Below are positions 37,846 to 46,090 of a stretch of DNA of 64,000 nucleotides, one piece after another (the stretch's first letter is position 1; every line of letters begins with the position of its first letter). The notes under the pieces were generated by a model. It did not search any database. It was given only the letters and a program-made list of their open reading frames with translations, and was not told the origin of the DNA. This DNA comes from an uncultured Granulosicoccaceae bacterium (lineage in GTDB: Bacteria; Pseudomonadota; Gammaproteobacteria; Granulosicoccales; Granulosicoccaceae), in assembly GCA_938005265.1 (NCBI GenBank), contig CALLOA010000052.1, positions 1,408 to 65,407 of the forward strand. The letters are read 5' to 3'. Both the position numbers and the translations under genes were made by a program.

Positions 37846-38125
37846 CAGATGTTGCAATAAAATACATTGCTGCTGCTACTTACCAGATAGGATTCGCAAA
37901 AACTGATCCAATCAGCGTAATTATGCAGGTTATCCGGCTTTTTACCCGCCCTACCGCTACCTTGGCCAGCAATGCGGGGCAGCCGCCAGGATTTGCGAGA
38001 ATGGTCAATGAATTGCTCTTCATTTGCCCATGCATCGCTTGTCCGGCAAGCAATATTCAAATGGTGACCCCTGTTTGCAGTTTCCTTCTGTCAAATCAAG
38101 TGTTTAAAATTTTTCGTTTAGTCAT

Positions 38126-39262
38126 ATGAAGAGCAAGCTCATTCTATTGCTCCTGGTGCTGACCTTGCTGGCAACGACGGGGTTTGTAACCGGTACTGCC
38201 CCGGCTGCAGAGCCTACTCTGTATCCATCTGAAGTTTTGTATCAGCAGCGCGACTCTTTCTGTCTGGGTAACCGACAAATGCTGGCGCAACTGACAGGTG
38301 TCATGGTTTCGTATGAAGATCTCGGCCATTTGTCTGTAGCGGCCCGTGAAGGCGAGTTGGGTCTTATCGGTATATTGGGTAACCCTGTAGCCAGTGAACG
38401 CCTGTTATTGCAGGAGCAGGTGACAAAATTACAAGCCCTTTCACCTGTGCCGTTACTGTTTGCCTCAGATGAGGAGTCGAGGGCGGTTCAACGTCTGGAT
38501 AAACTCATTTACAAGTTACCCTCCACTCGTCAGTCAATGTCGTCGGGCCCGGTGGTTGTTGAAGATATCTACCGGGACTATGCTCGAGAAATGCGAAGCC
38601 TTGGTTTTCACATGACCTTCGGGCCCGTCGTTGATGTTGGCAATGGTCCCGGCATTAAACGGCGCTCCTTTGGTAGTGATAGCACCACCGTTACCAGCCT
38701 CAGCAGTGCAGTCGTAAAAGGCCTGGCTGCCGGAGGTGTTTATTCGGTGATCAAACACTTTCCCGGTCATGGGGATGTCACTGTTGATTCGCATGAAGAT
38801 TTGCCACAGACGCCGGTGTTATCAGCGATGCAGGGACAGGTTTCTGTGTATCGCCGTTTGTTTGAGCAGTGGGGTGATTCGGTCGGTGTGATGGTCGGGC
38901 ATCTGGATGTTCCGGGTTTGACCAATGGCAAGCCCGCCAGTCTGTCGGCTGGGGCTATCACCTCCCTGTTACGCGATCAGCTGGGATTTACTGGAGTAGT
39001 CATAACTGACTCGCTGGATATGGGGGCTATTGCTCGAACCACAGGGCAAGCCTCTGCAGGCCTGAGAGCTATTCTGGCAGGGGCTGATATTGCGTTGGTA
39101 AGTCAATGGAGTGAACAGCAAAAGCTATTGAAAGAGCTTGAGCAGGCAGTGGCTTCCGGTGAGCTGGACTGGCGGCGAATAAAGCAGTCGGCTCTCAGGG
39201 TTCTTTCCCTGAAAGACCGACTCACCGGTAGTTCTTCTGCTGCTTCCCTGTGCGGCGCTTGA
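38126..39262 (+). CDS. Secreted glycoside hydrolase family 3 protein (NagZ-like beta-N-acetylhexosaminidase)
   Basis: 378 aa with signal peptide MKSKLILLLLVLTLLATTGFVTGTAPAAEP and GH3 N-domain motifs KHFPGHGD and VITDSLDMGA. Confidence 0.8.
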   Translation: MKSKLILLLLVLTLLATTGFVTGTAPAAEPTLYPSEVLYQQRDSFCLGNRQMLAQLTGVMVSYEDLGHLSVAAREGELGLIGILGNPVASERLLLQEQVTKLQALSPVPLLFASDEESRAVQRLDKLIYKLPSTRQSMSSGPVVVEDIYRDYAREMRSLGFHMTFGPVVDVGNGPGIKRRSFGSDSTTVTSLSSAVVKGLAAGGVYSVIKHFPGHGDVTVDSHEDLPQTPVLSAMQGQVSVYRRLFEQWGDSVGVMVGHLDVPGLTNGKPASLSAGAITSLLRDQLGFTGVVITDSLDMGAIARTTGQASAGLRAILAGADIALVSQWSEQQKLLKELEQAVASGELDWRRIKQSALRVLSLKDRLTGSSSAASLCGA

Positions 39263-42200
39263 TCAGGCGGTTGTATTCTCTTTCTTGCCTTTGCTTGACC
39301 GGGCTTTATTCTTTGCTGTTTTTCTGACGGTGTTTCCTGGCTCTGCCTTGCCACTGTTAGCGCTACGTTGCAGTACAGCTTTGAGAAATGGCGCGGTGCG
39401 TGAGCGGCGCGATTCTGAAATCTTCTCCGGTGTTCCCTTGGCAATCACTTTACCACCACCTTCGCCTCCTTCGGGCCCAAGGTCGAGTAACCAGTCAGCT
39501 TCGGCCATAATGTCCAGATTGTGCTCGATAACAACAACAGAATTGCCTGAATCCACCAGTTCGTGCAGAACATGCATTAGCCTTTCTACATCTGCCATAT
39601 GAAGACCGACAGTAGGTTCATCCAGAATGTAAAGAGTATGTTTGGCCGAAAGGCTGCGCCCACTGTTATCTTTGAGTATTGGTTTGGCTTTGGCCAGCTC
39701 TGAAACCAGTTTAATTCTCTGTGCCTCGCCACCGGATAAGGTCGGGCTTTGTTGGCCCAATGTCAGGTAGCCCAAGCCAACTGCCTGCAGTAGTTTCAGC
39801 GGATGATGAATTGATTGATGAGCTGAGAAAAATTCTACGGCTTCATCAACATCCATAGATAGTACATCGCCAATTGATTTGTTTCGGAATCTGACCGACA
39901 GGGTTTCACTATTAAATCGTTCACCGCCGCAAACATCACATGGAATTTTTACATCGGGCAGGAAATTCATTTCTATGCGCTTGATACCCTGGCCATCGCA
40001 TTCGTCACAACGACCACCTTTAACATTGAAGGAGAACCGGCTGGGCGAGAAGCCCCGTATCCTGGCTTCAGTTGCATCAGCGAAAACTCGACGGATGTTG
40101 TCCCAGAATCCGATGTAAGTAGCCGGGCATGAGCGTGGTGTTTTACCAATCGGGGTCTGGTCAACTTCAAGTACGCGGCTGATCGGTTGCCAACCTGTTA
40201 TGGCCTTGCAGCCGTGAAGTTTGCCAAGTTTCCTGTTGCGTGTTTTGCCATTGAGGCAACGCAGATTGTCATGCAATACCTCTCGTACCAGGGTGCTCTT
40301 GCCGGAACCGGATACGCCGCTGACACACACCAATGCACCCAGCGGTATTTCTGCATCAACAGATTTGAGGTTGTTCAGGCTGGCGGCTTCGATTTTCAGC
40401 CAGTGGTCAAAATTTTTGCGGCGCTGGTGTATTGGGTGTATAAGCGGGTTGGCAAGCATACGACCCGTTGCCGATTGCTTGTTCTTCTTGATTTTTGCAA
40501 CCGAACCCGTAGCTACAACTTCTCCCCCTCGAACACCGGCCCCCGGGCCTATGTCAATGATATGTTCGGCATTAAGAATGGTATCTTCGTCATGCTCGAC
40601 GACTACGATTGTATTGCCTTTTTCACCGAGTTTGTTGAGCGTGTCGAGTAGCATCCTGTTGTCACGCGGGTGTAAGCCAATCGTGGGTTCGTCCAGTATG
40701 TAACATACGCCACGAAGGTTGGAACCCAGTTGCGCAGCTAACCTGATACGTTGCGCTTCACCACCGCTTAAAGTAGGAGCTGCACGATCCAGAGTCAAAT
40801 AGGATAATCCCACTTCGTTCAGAAAGTGCAGGCGTGTGTTTAGCTCCGACAGAACATCATTTGCAATCGTCGCTTCACGTTTCGTGAGTTTCAGGTTGTC
40901 AAATGCTGCTACTGATTTTTCAACTGACAAGGCGGCGTAGTCAGCTATCGAGTTGTTTTTGAAAAAGACGTTTAATGATTCTTCACATAGGCGCTGTCCT
41001 TCGCACTGCGGGCAATCCACTTCGGCTTCGGTATCCATCCATCCGGCTTCTTCACCCGATTGTTCCTCATCAAACCCATCAACTACTCTTCCAGTGCCGA
41101 AGCACTCGGTACACCAGCCGTGCAAAGAGTTGTAGGAGAACATGCGCGGATCAAGTTCCCTGAAGCTGGTTTGGCATTCCGGGCAGGCGCGTGTAATCGA
41201 GAAAAGGATGGGTTTGGCGTTTTTCCTGTTACTCTCAGCTTCAAGCAATACGACGCCTTTGCCAAAATCCAGAGCACGCTGGAGCAATTGCACCAGGCTT
41301 TGCTCATCTTTGGGTTTTACCGTTAATTCGCCCACTGGAAGTTCTATGTTGTGCTCTCGAAAACGGTCCAATCGTGGCCAGTTGTCTGTGGGCAGGAAGT
41401 CACCATCAACCCGCAGTTCCGTAAAGCCTTTTTTCTGTGCCCATTTTGCCAGATCGGTGTAGTAACCTTTGCGGTTGGTTACCATAGGGGCATAGACACG
41501 AACACGTTTGTCCCGCCATTTTTTCATGATCTGGGCTGTGATCGCCTCGACTGTCTGAGCGCTTATCGGCACATCGCAATCCGGGCAATGTTGTACGCCG
41601 AGTTTGACAAACAGCAAACGCAGAAAGTGATAAATCTCCGTCATGGTTGCGACAGTACTTTTAAAACCCCCTCGGCTGGTGCGTTGTTCAATAGCGACTG
41701 TTGGTGGAATACCATGCAGAGCATCAACATCCGGTCGGGCAGCAGGCTGCACAAATTGCCGGGCGTAGGCGTTTAACGATTCCAGATACCGCCTCTGGCC
41801 CTCATTAAAAACGATATCGAAGGCGAGTGTGCTTTTACCACTGCCGCTCATACCGGTTATTACGGTGAATTTGTCTCGAGGTATTTCTACGTTAATATTC
41901 TTCAGATTATGTTCTCGTGCTTGCTGAATAACTATGTGATCTTCAGAAACAGCATCTCGCACCATATCTTTGCCTGCGGGAACAATCTGTTTTACGGGTT
42001 CTGCATAATTATTTGTATGCCCCCTTGATTGCAAATCTTTGATCGAACTGTCATAGCTAATTAAAGCATGAGCAGTGTCGCTATCGCTTTTTTTGCGCAG
42101 CGCTTGTGGTGTACCGGCAAATACCAATGCGCCGCCTGCATCCCCTCCATCGGGTCCCAGGTCAATGACCCATTCGGCATTGCCAATTACGTCCAGATTG

Positions 42201-45043
42201 TGCTCTATAACAATCAAGGAATGTCCGTGAGAAAGCAATTGTTGAAAAGCGCTTAGCAGTTTTTCAATGTCATGAAAATGCAAACCCGTGGTTGGTTCGT
42301 CGAATAGAAATAGAGTGCCTGTGGTGCTGCTAGTGCTTAACTTGGATTTTGCTGTGGTTTTTTTACTGGCACCTTTTTTGGAAATTTTCTTTTTTATGGT
42401 ACTTCGCTTTTTCAATCCCTTTCCCAGGTGAGCAGCAAGCTTCAACCGTTGGGCTTCGCCGCCACTCAGGGTGGGCACGGGTTGGCCTAGTTGCAAATAA
42501 CCAAGTCCAACGTCACTTAGAGGTTGCAAGGCTGTCATGATGTCAGCTTCATCTTTGAAGAATTCCAGACTTTCCTCGACGGTCATGTCAAGTACGTCGG
42601 CGATAGACTTACCATCAGACGAATACTCGGAAAAAACCTTTATTTCCAGTAGTTCAGGGCGATAGCGTCTACCCAGACATTCGCCACAACGTAGATAAAC
42701 GTCGCTGAGGAACTGCATTTCCACATGTTCAAAGCCATTGCCACTACAAGCAGGGCAGCGCATGCCGGAGTTAAAGCTGAATGCCCCTGCGGTTAGACCT
42801 CTGTTTTTTGCTTCCGGTTCCCGTTCGAATAGTTTTCTGATGCCATCGAACGCTCCGGTGTAGCTCACTGGATTTGAACGAGCGGATTTACCTATCGGTG
42901 TCTGGTCAACCAGAACAACATCGTCAATTGCCTCATGCCCATCGATTGACCGGTACTCTCCTGGTGATTCGACAGGCTGACCTTTCATTTTTTTCAGAGC
43001 GCGATAAAGTGTATCTTGCACGAGAGTGGATTTGCCAGAACCGCTGGGACCTGTAATACAGACAAGTTTACCGAGTGGAATTTGTAAAGACAGATTCTTT
43101 AAGTTGTGTGCACAGGCACCCTTTATGTGAATGGATTTTGTGTGTGCCTTGAGTGCCCCTGATGTATCAGTTGCCAGCAACGGTTTGTGTATGTCGGGAT
43201 TTCTATCGCTAATCATTGTCAGTCTTTTGCGACCACTAAGATAATCAGCCGTCAGGGATTTTTTATTTTTAAGCAGCTGCGCAGGGCTGCCGTTAAAAAC
43301 AATGTTGCCTCCAGCTTTGCCAGGCTCCGGGCCCATGTCTATGATGCGATCGGCTGCAAACATCAGCTGAGGGTCATGTTCGACAACGATTAACGTGTTC
43401 CCGGCATCTCTTAGTCGTTGCAAAACCTGTGTCACACGGTCCATGTCGCGAGCGTGCAGGCCGATGCTCGGTTCGTCCAGCACGAAAAGCGTGTTGACAA
43501 GAGATGTACCTATTGCCGTAGTCAGGTTAATACGTTGAACTTCGCCACCACTAAGTGTGCGAGACTGCCTGTCAAGTGAGAGATATCCCAGACCCACATC
43601 GACTAGGTAGCGTAATCGCGAGCGAACTTCATCAAGCAATAACTGCATGGCGTCGTCAAGATTGTTGTGTGGCCGGAAGTTGCGGAAAAACTGTTCTGCG
43701 TCGGTAATCGACAGAGTCATGATGTCATGCAGGCAAAATCCCGGCATCCTCAGCAATGTTTTTGTAGCAAGCGTGTTGTGCAAGGGTACAAACCGGTCGG
43801 CTGGTTTTATGACTTGCCTGACATCTTCCAGAGTCCCGACACGCCAATAAAGTGCCTCAGGCTTAAGTCTTGCGCCACCGCAGCTCTCACACTCTTCGTA
43901 ACTGCGGTATTTGGAAAGCATGACGCGTACATGCATCTTGTAGGCACGACCTTCTAGCCATTTAAAAAAGCCATTGATGCCGTACCAGGTAGTTTTGCGC
44001 CGGCGGTTTCTCGTGCCTTGGCCCTCGATAACCCAGCGTTGGTGTTTCGATGATAGCTTGCTCCAGGGTTTGTCCAATGGGACGCCTTCCTGTTCTGCAA
44101 ATTTTTCCATGTCGCGTTGGCAAATAGCATTGGTTTTAGTTTGCCAGACCTTGATTGCACCCTGTTTTAAAGTTAGTGATTCGTCTGGTATCACAAGGCC
44201 GTAGTCGATCCCCATAGTGCGGCCGAATCCACGACATGACTCACAGGCACCGATCGGTGAGTTAAAAGAAAACAGACTGGGTAGCGACTTTTGGAAGCTG
44301 AGATTGCAATTGCCGCATTGCAGTGCCGTTGTGTAGCGCTCACCTTTTAATGCTTCGCGGCTTTCATCAAGCGGGTAAACGGTTACATGCCCCTGGCCAT
44401 ATCGTAAGGCGGCTTCTATAGCTTCAATAAAGCGACCGCGGTTTTCATCATCAAGACGCAACCTGTCCTGTATGACTTCGAGAGTTTTGCCACGCCGTTG
44501 GTGAATGCGTGTGTAGCCCTGACGTGCCAGCCATTCCTCGATTTCTTCTTTCTTGAAGTTAGCTGGAACTGGCACGCTGAATGTGACCATTACTCTCTTA
44601 CCGGATTCACTGTCTGCAAGCCATTCGTCAGCGATGCTTTGAGCAGAGTCGTTGCTGACCTGTTTGCCACACCCATGGCAATAGAGGTCTGCTGCACGGG
44701 CGAACAGCATTTTTATGTAATCATTGAGCTCGGTCATGGTGCCGACGGTTGAACGGGAGGTGCGAACCGGATTGACCTGATCAATCGCAATAGCAGGCGG
44801 AATTCCTTCGATGCTGTCGACTTTGGGTTTGTCCATGCGATCGAGAAATTGGCGCGCATAGGGTGAGAATGTTTCTACATAACGACGCTGGCCTTCGGCA
44901 TAAATAGTGTCAAAAGCGAGCGTTGACTTACCCGAGCCACTGACCCCTGTAACTACCACCAACTCGCCCAGCGGCAGAGACAGATCCAGCGACTTCAGGT
45001 TGTTCTGATGAGCGTTTCTGATAACTATGGCGCGTTTTGGCAT
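39263..45043 (-). CDS. Tandem-duplicated UvrA-family ABC ATPase (two complete UvrA units, four nucleotide-binding domains)
   Basis: 1926 aa in an uninterrupted ORF. Walker A loops are at aa 33-41, 665-673, 1064-1072 and 1576-1584. LSGGE signatures are at aa 497, 859, 1425 and 1769. There are four LDEP/FDEP Walker B motifs and six paired CxxC zinc modules in canonical UvrA order. Unit 1 spans about aa 1-985 and unit 2 about aa 1036-1926. Confidence 0.9.
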   Translation of the reverse strand: MPKRAIVIRNAHQNNLKSLDLSLPLGELVVVTGVSGSGKSTLAFDTIYAEGQRRYVETFSPYARQFLDRMDKPKVDSIEGIPPAIAIDQVNPVRTSRSTVGTMTELNDYIKMLFARAADLYCHGCGKQVSNDSAQSIADEWLADSESGKRVMVTFSVPVPANFKKEEIEEWLARQGYTRIHQRRGKTLEVIQDRLRLDDENRGRFIEAIEAALRYGQGHVTVYPLDESREALKGERYTTALQCGNCNLSFQKSLPSLFSFNSPIGACESCRGFGRTMGIDYGLVIPDESLTLKQGAIKVWQTKTNAICQRDMEKFAEQEGVPLDKPWSKLSSKHQRWVIEGQGTRNRRRKTTWYGINGFFKWLEGRAYKMHVRVMLSKYRSYEECESCGGARLKPEALYWRVGTLEDVRQVIKPADRFVPLHNTLATKTLLRMPGFCLHDIMTLSITDAEQFFRNFRPHNNLDDAMQLLLDEVRSRLRYLVDVGLGYLSLDRQSRTLSGGEVQRINLTTAIGTSLVNTLFVLDEPSIGLHARDMDRVTQVLQRLRDAGNTLIVVEHDPQLMFAADRIIDMGPEPGKAGGNIVFNGSPAQLLKNKKSLTADYLSGRKRLTMISDRNPDIHKPLLATDTSGALKAHTKSIHIKGACAHNLKNLSLQIPLGKLVCITGPSGSGKSTLVQDTLYRALKKMKGQPVESPGEYRSIDGHEAIDDVVLVDQTPIGKSARSNPVSYTGAFDGIRKLFEREPEAKNRGLTAGAFSFNSGMRCPACSGNGFEHVEMQFLSDVYLRCGECLGRRYRPELLEIKVFSEYSSDGKSIADVLDMTVEESLEFFKDEADIMTALQPLSDVGLGYLQLGQPVPTLSGGEAQRLKLAAHLGKGLKKRSTIKKKISKKGASKKTTAKSKLSTSSTTGTLFLFDEPTTGLHFHDIEKLLSAFQQLLSHGHSLIVIEHNLDVIGNAEWVIDLGPDGGDAGGALVFAGTPQALRKKSDSDTAHALISYDSSIKDLQSRGHTNNYAEPVKQIVPAGKDMVRDAVSEDHIVIQQAREHNLKNINVEIPRDKFTVITGMSGSGKSTLAFDIVFNEGQRRYLESLNAYARQFVQPAARPDVDALHGIPPTVAIEQRTSRGGFKSTVATMTEIYHFLRLLFVKLGVQHCPDCDVPISAQTVEAITAQIMKKWRDKRVRVYAPMVTNRKGYYTDLAKWAQKKGFTELRVDGDFLPTDNWPRLDRFREHNIELPVGELTVKPKDEQSLVQLLQRALDFGKGVVLLEAESNRKNAKPILFSITRACPECQTSFRELDPRMFSYNSLHGWCTECFGTGRVVDGFDEEQSGEEAGWMDTEAEVDCPQCEGQRLCEESLNVFFKNNSIADYAALSVEKSVAAFDNLKLTKREATIANDVLSELNTRLHFLNEVGLSYLTLDRAAPTLSGGEAQRIRLAAQLGSNLRGVCYILDEPTIGLHPRDNRMLLDTLNKLGEKGNTIVVVEHDEDTILNAEHIIDIGPGAGVRGGEVVATGSVAKIKKNKQSATGRMLANPLIHPIHQRRKNFDHWLKIEAASLNNLKSVDAEIPLGALVCVSGVSGSGKSTLVREVLHDNLRCLNGKTRNRKLGKLHGCKAITGWQPISRVLEVDQTPIGKTPRSCPATYIGFWDNIRRVFADATEARIRGFSPSRFSFNVKGGRCDECDGQGIKRIEMNFLPDVKIPCDVCGGERFNSETLSVRFRNKSIGDVLSMDVDEAVEFFSAHQSIHHPLKLLQAVGLGYLTLGQQSPTLSGGEAQRIKLVSELAKAKPILKDNSGRSLSAKHTLYILDEPTVGLHMADVERLMHVLHELVDSGNSVVVIEHNLDIMAEADWLLDLGPEGGEGGGKVIAKGTPEKISESRRSRTAPFLKAVLQRSANSGKAEPGNTVRKTAKNKARSSKGKKENTTA

Positions 45044-45264
45044 CGGGCAGGGTAGGTTTGGAAAAAGGAAATCGCTATTGTCTCACATGTCAGCTGCGCA
45101 GGCTCGACGGCAACACCTTATACTTAACACTCTGCAGTAACTGTTTTGCCTGCAAAGCAGCGGTTGCATTCAGGGGGCACCATGAGTACTTTTCGCAGAT
45201 TATGCTTGTCGTTTCGTATGTTGGTCGCACCCTGATGGCCAGGGTTTTTCAACAGCCATATTCA

Positions 45265-45318
45265 CGGCAATTGAGAGTTTCAAGGCAACTGAGAGTTTCA
45301 CGGCAATTGAGAGTTCAG
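45265..45318. repeat. 18-bp direct repeat x3 immediately upstream of the PhyH-family gene (candidate operator / RBS-overlapping element)
   Basis: The array reads CGGCAATTGAGAGTTTCA AGGCAACTGAGAGTTTCA CGGCAATTGAGAGTTCAG and ends 4 nt before ATG 45323. It lies in the divergent region shared with the double-UvrA gene. Confidence 0.9.
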
Positions 45319-45322
45319 CAAA

Positions 45323-46090
45323 ATGAAAGATGACCGATGGGCCGATGACGTTGAGTTTTTCCATGAGAACGGTTTTGTTGTCATTCGGCAACTATTTAGT
45401 GAACAACGCGTCGATGAGCTGCTCGGTCTGGTTGAGCGCTCGCTAAATCCCCCTCTGGCCCCTGTAGAATTTGAAGCGGATGTGCACTACCCCGGAGCCC
45501 CGGTTTCGCGTCAGGCGCCGGGTGGTGAGACACCACGCCGCCTGTTGCATGCTTATAGCCGTGACCGCCTGTTCCAGAGTTGTGGTGATAGCGAAGTTGT
45601 TGTCACTATTCTTCAGAGATTGCTTGGCGCTGAGGCCGTCATGCTTTCGCAGAATCACCATAATTGCGTGATGACAAAATTCCCCGGATTCAGTAGTCGC
45701 ACCAGCTGGCATCAGGATATACGATACTGGAGCTTTGATCGTCCGGAGCTTATAAGTACCTGGTTGGCGTTGGGTGAAGAAACTGAAGAAAACGGTGGCT
45801 TACTGGTTATACCGGGTTCTCACAAACTGCAGCTTGATCGCGGGCGGCTTGATGCAGCGCTTTTTTTGCGTACCGATCTGGAGGAAAATCGCGAGCTGAT
45901 CGAGGGTGCGCGGGTGGTCGAAATGCAAGCTGGTGATATGCTGTTTTTTCACTCGAGGACCTTTCACGCGGCTGGTCAGAATTGTACAGCGCAGGTCAAG
46001 CGCTCATTGGTCTATACCTATCGTGCGGCAGATAATGCACCGATTCCAGAAACTCGCTCGGCGAATTTCCCGGATATCCCGGTATCCTGA
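45323..46090 (+). CDS. Phytanoyl-CoA dioxygenase (PhyH) family Fe(II)/2-oxoglutarate oxygenase
   Basis: 255 aa with the HxD facial-triad segment WHQDIRYW and a distal His in FFHSRTFHAAGQN. Confidence 0.8.
   Translation: MKDDRWADDVEFFHENGFVVIRQLFSEQRVDELLGLVERSLNPPLAPVEFEADVHYPGAPVSRQAPGGETPRRLLHAYSRDRLFQSCGDSEVVVTILQRLLGAEAVMLSQNHHNCVMTKFPGFSSRTSWHQDIRYWSFDRPELISTWLALGEETEENGGLLVIPGSHKLQLDRGRLDAALFLRTDLEENRELIEGARVVEMQAGDMLFFHSRTFHAAGQNCTAQVKRSLVYTYRAADNAPIPETRSANFPDIPVS

Noticed and set aside
45044-45322. Search for a LexA/SOS box (CTGT-N8-ACAG) upstream of the UvrA-like gene
   Set aside because: No match on either strand. The nearest feature is the imperfect palindrome CTGTTTTGCCTGCAAAGCAG, which has the wrong spacing for a gammaproteobacterial LexA site.
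45037-45333. 98-aa ORF containing SRQLRV x3
   Set aside because: The peptide repeat is simply the 18-bp DNA repeat read in frame. The ORF starts with TTG, overlaps the first codons of the UvrA-like gene on the opposite strand, and runs into the PhyH gene start. Its composition is not protein-like.
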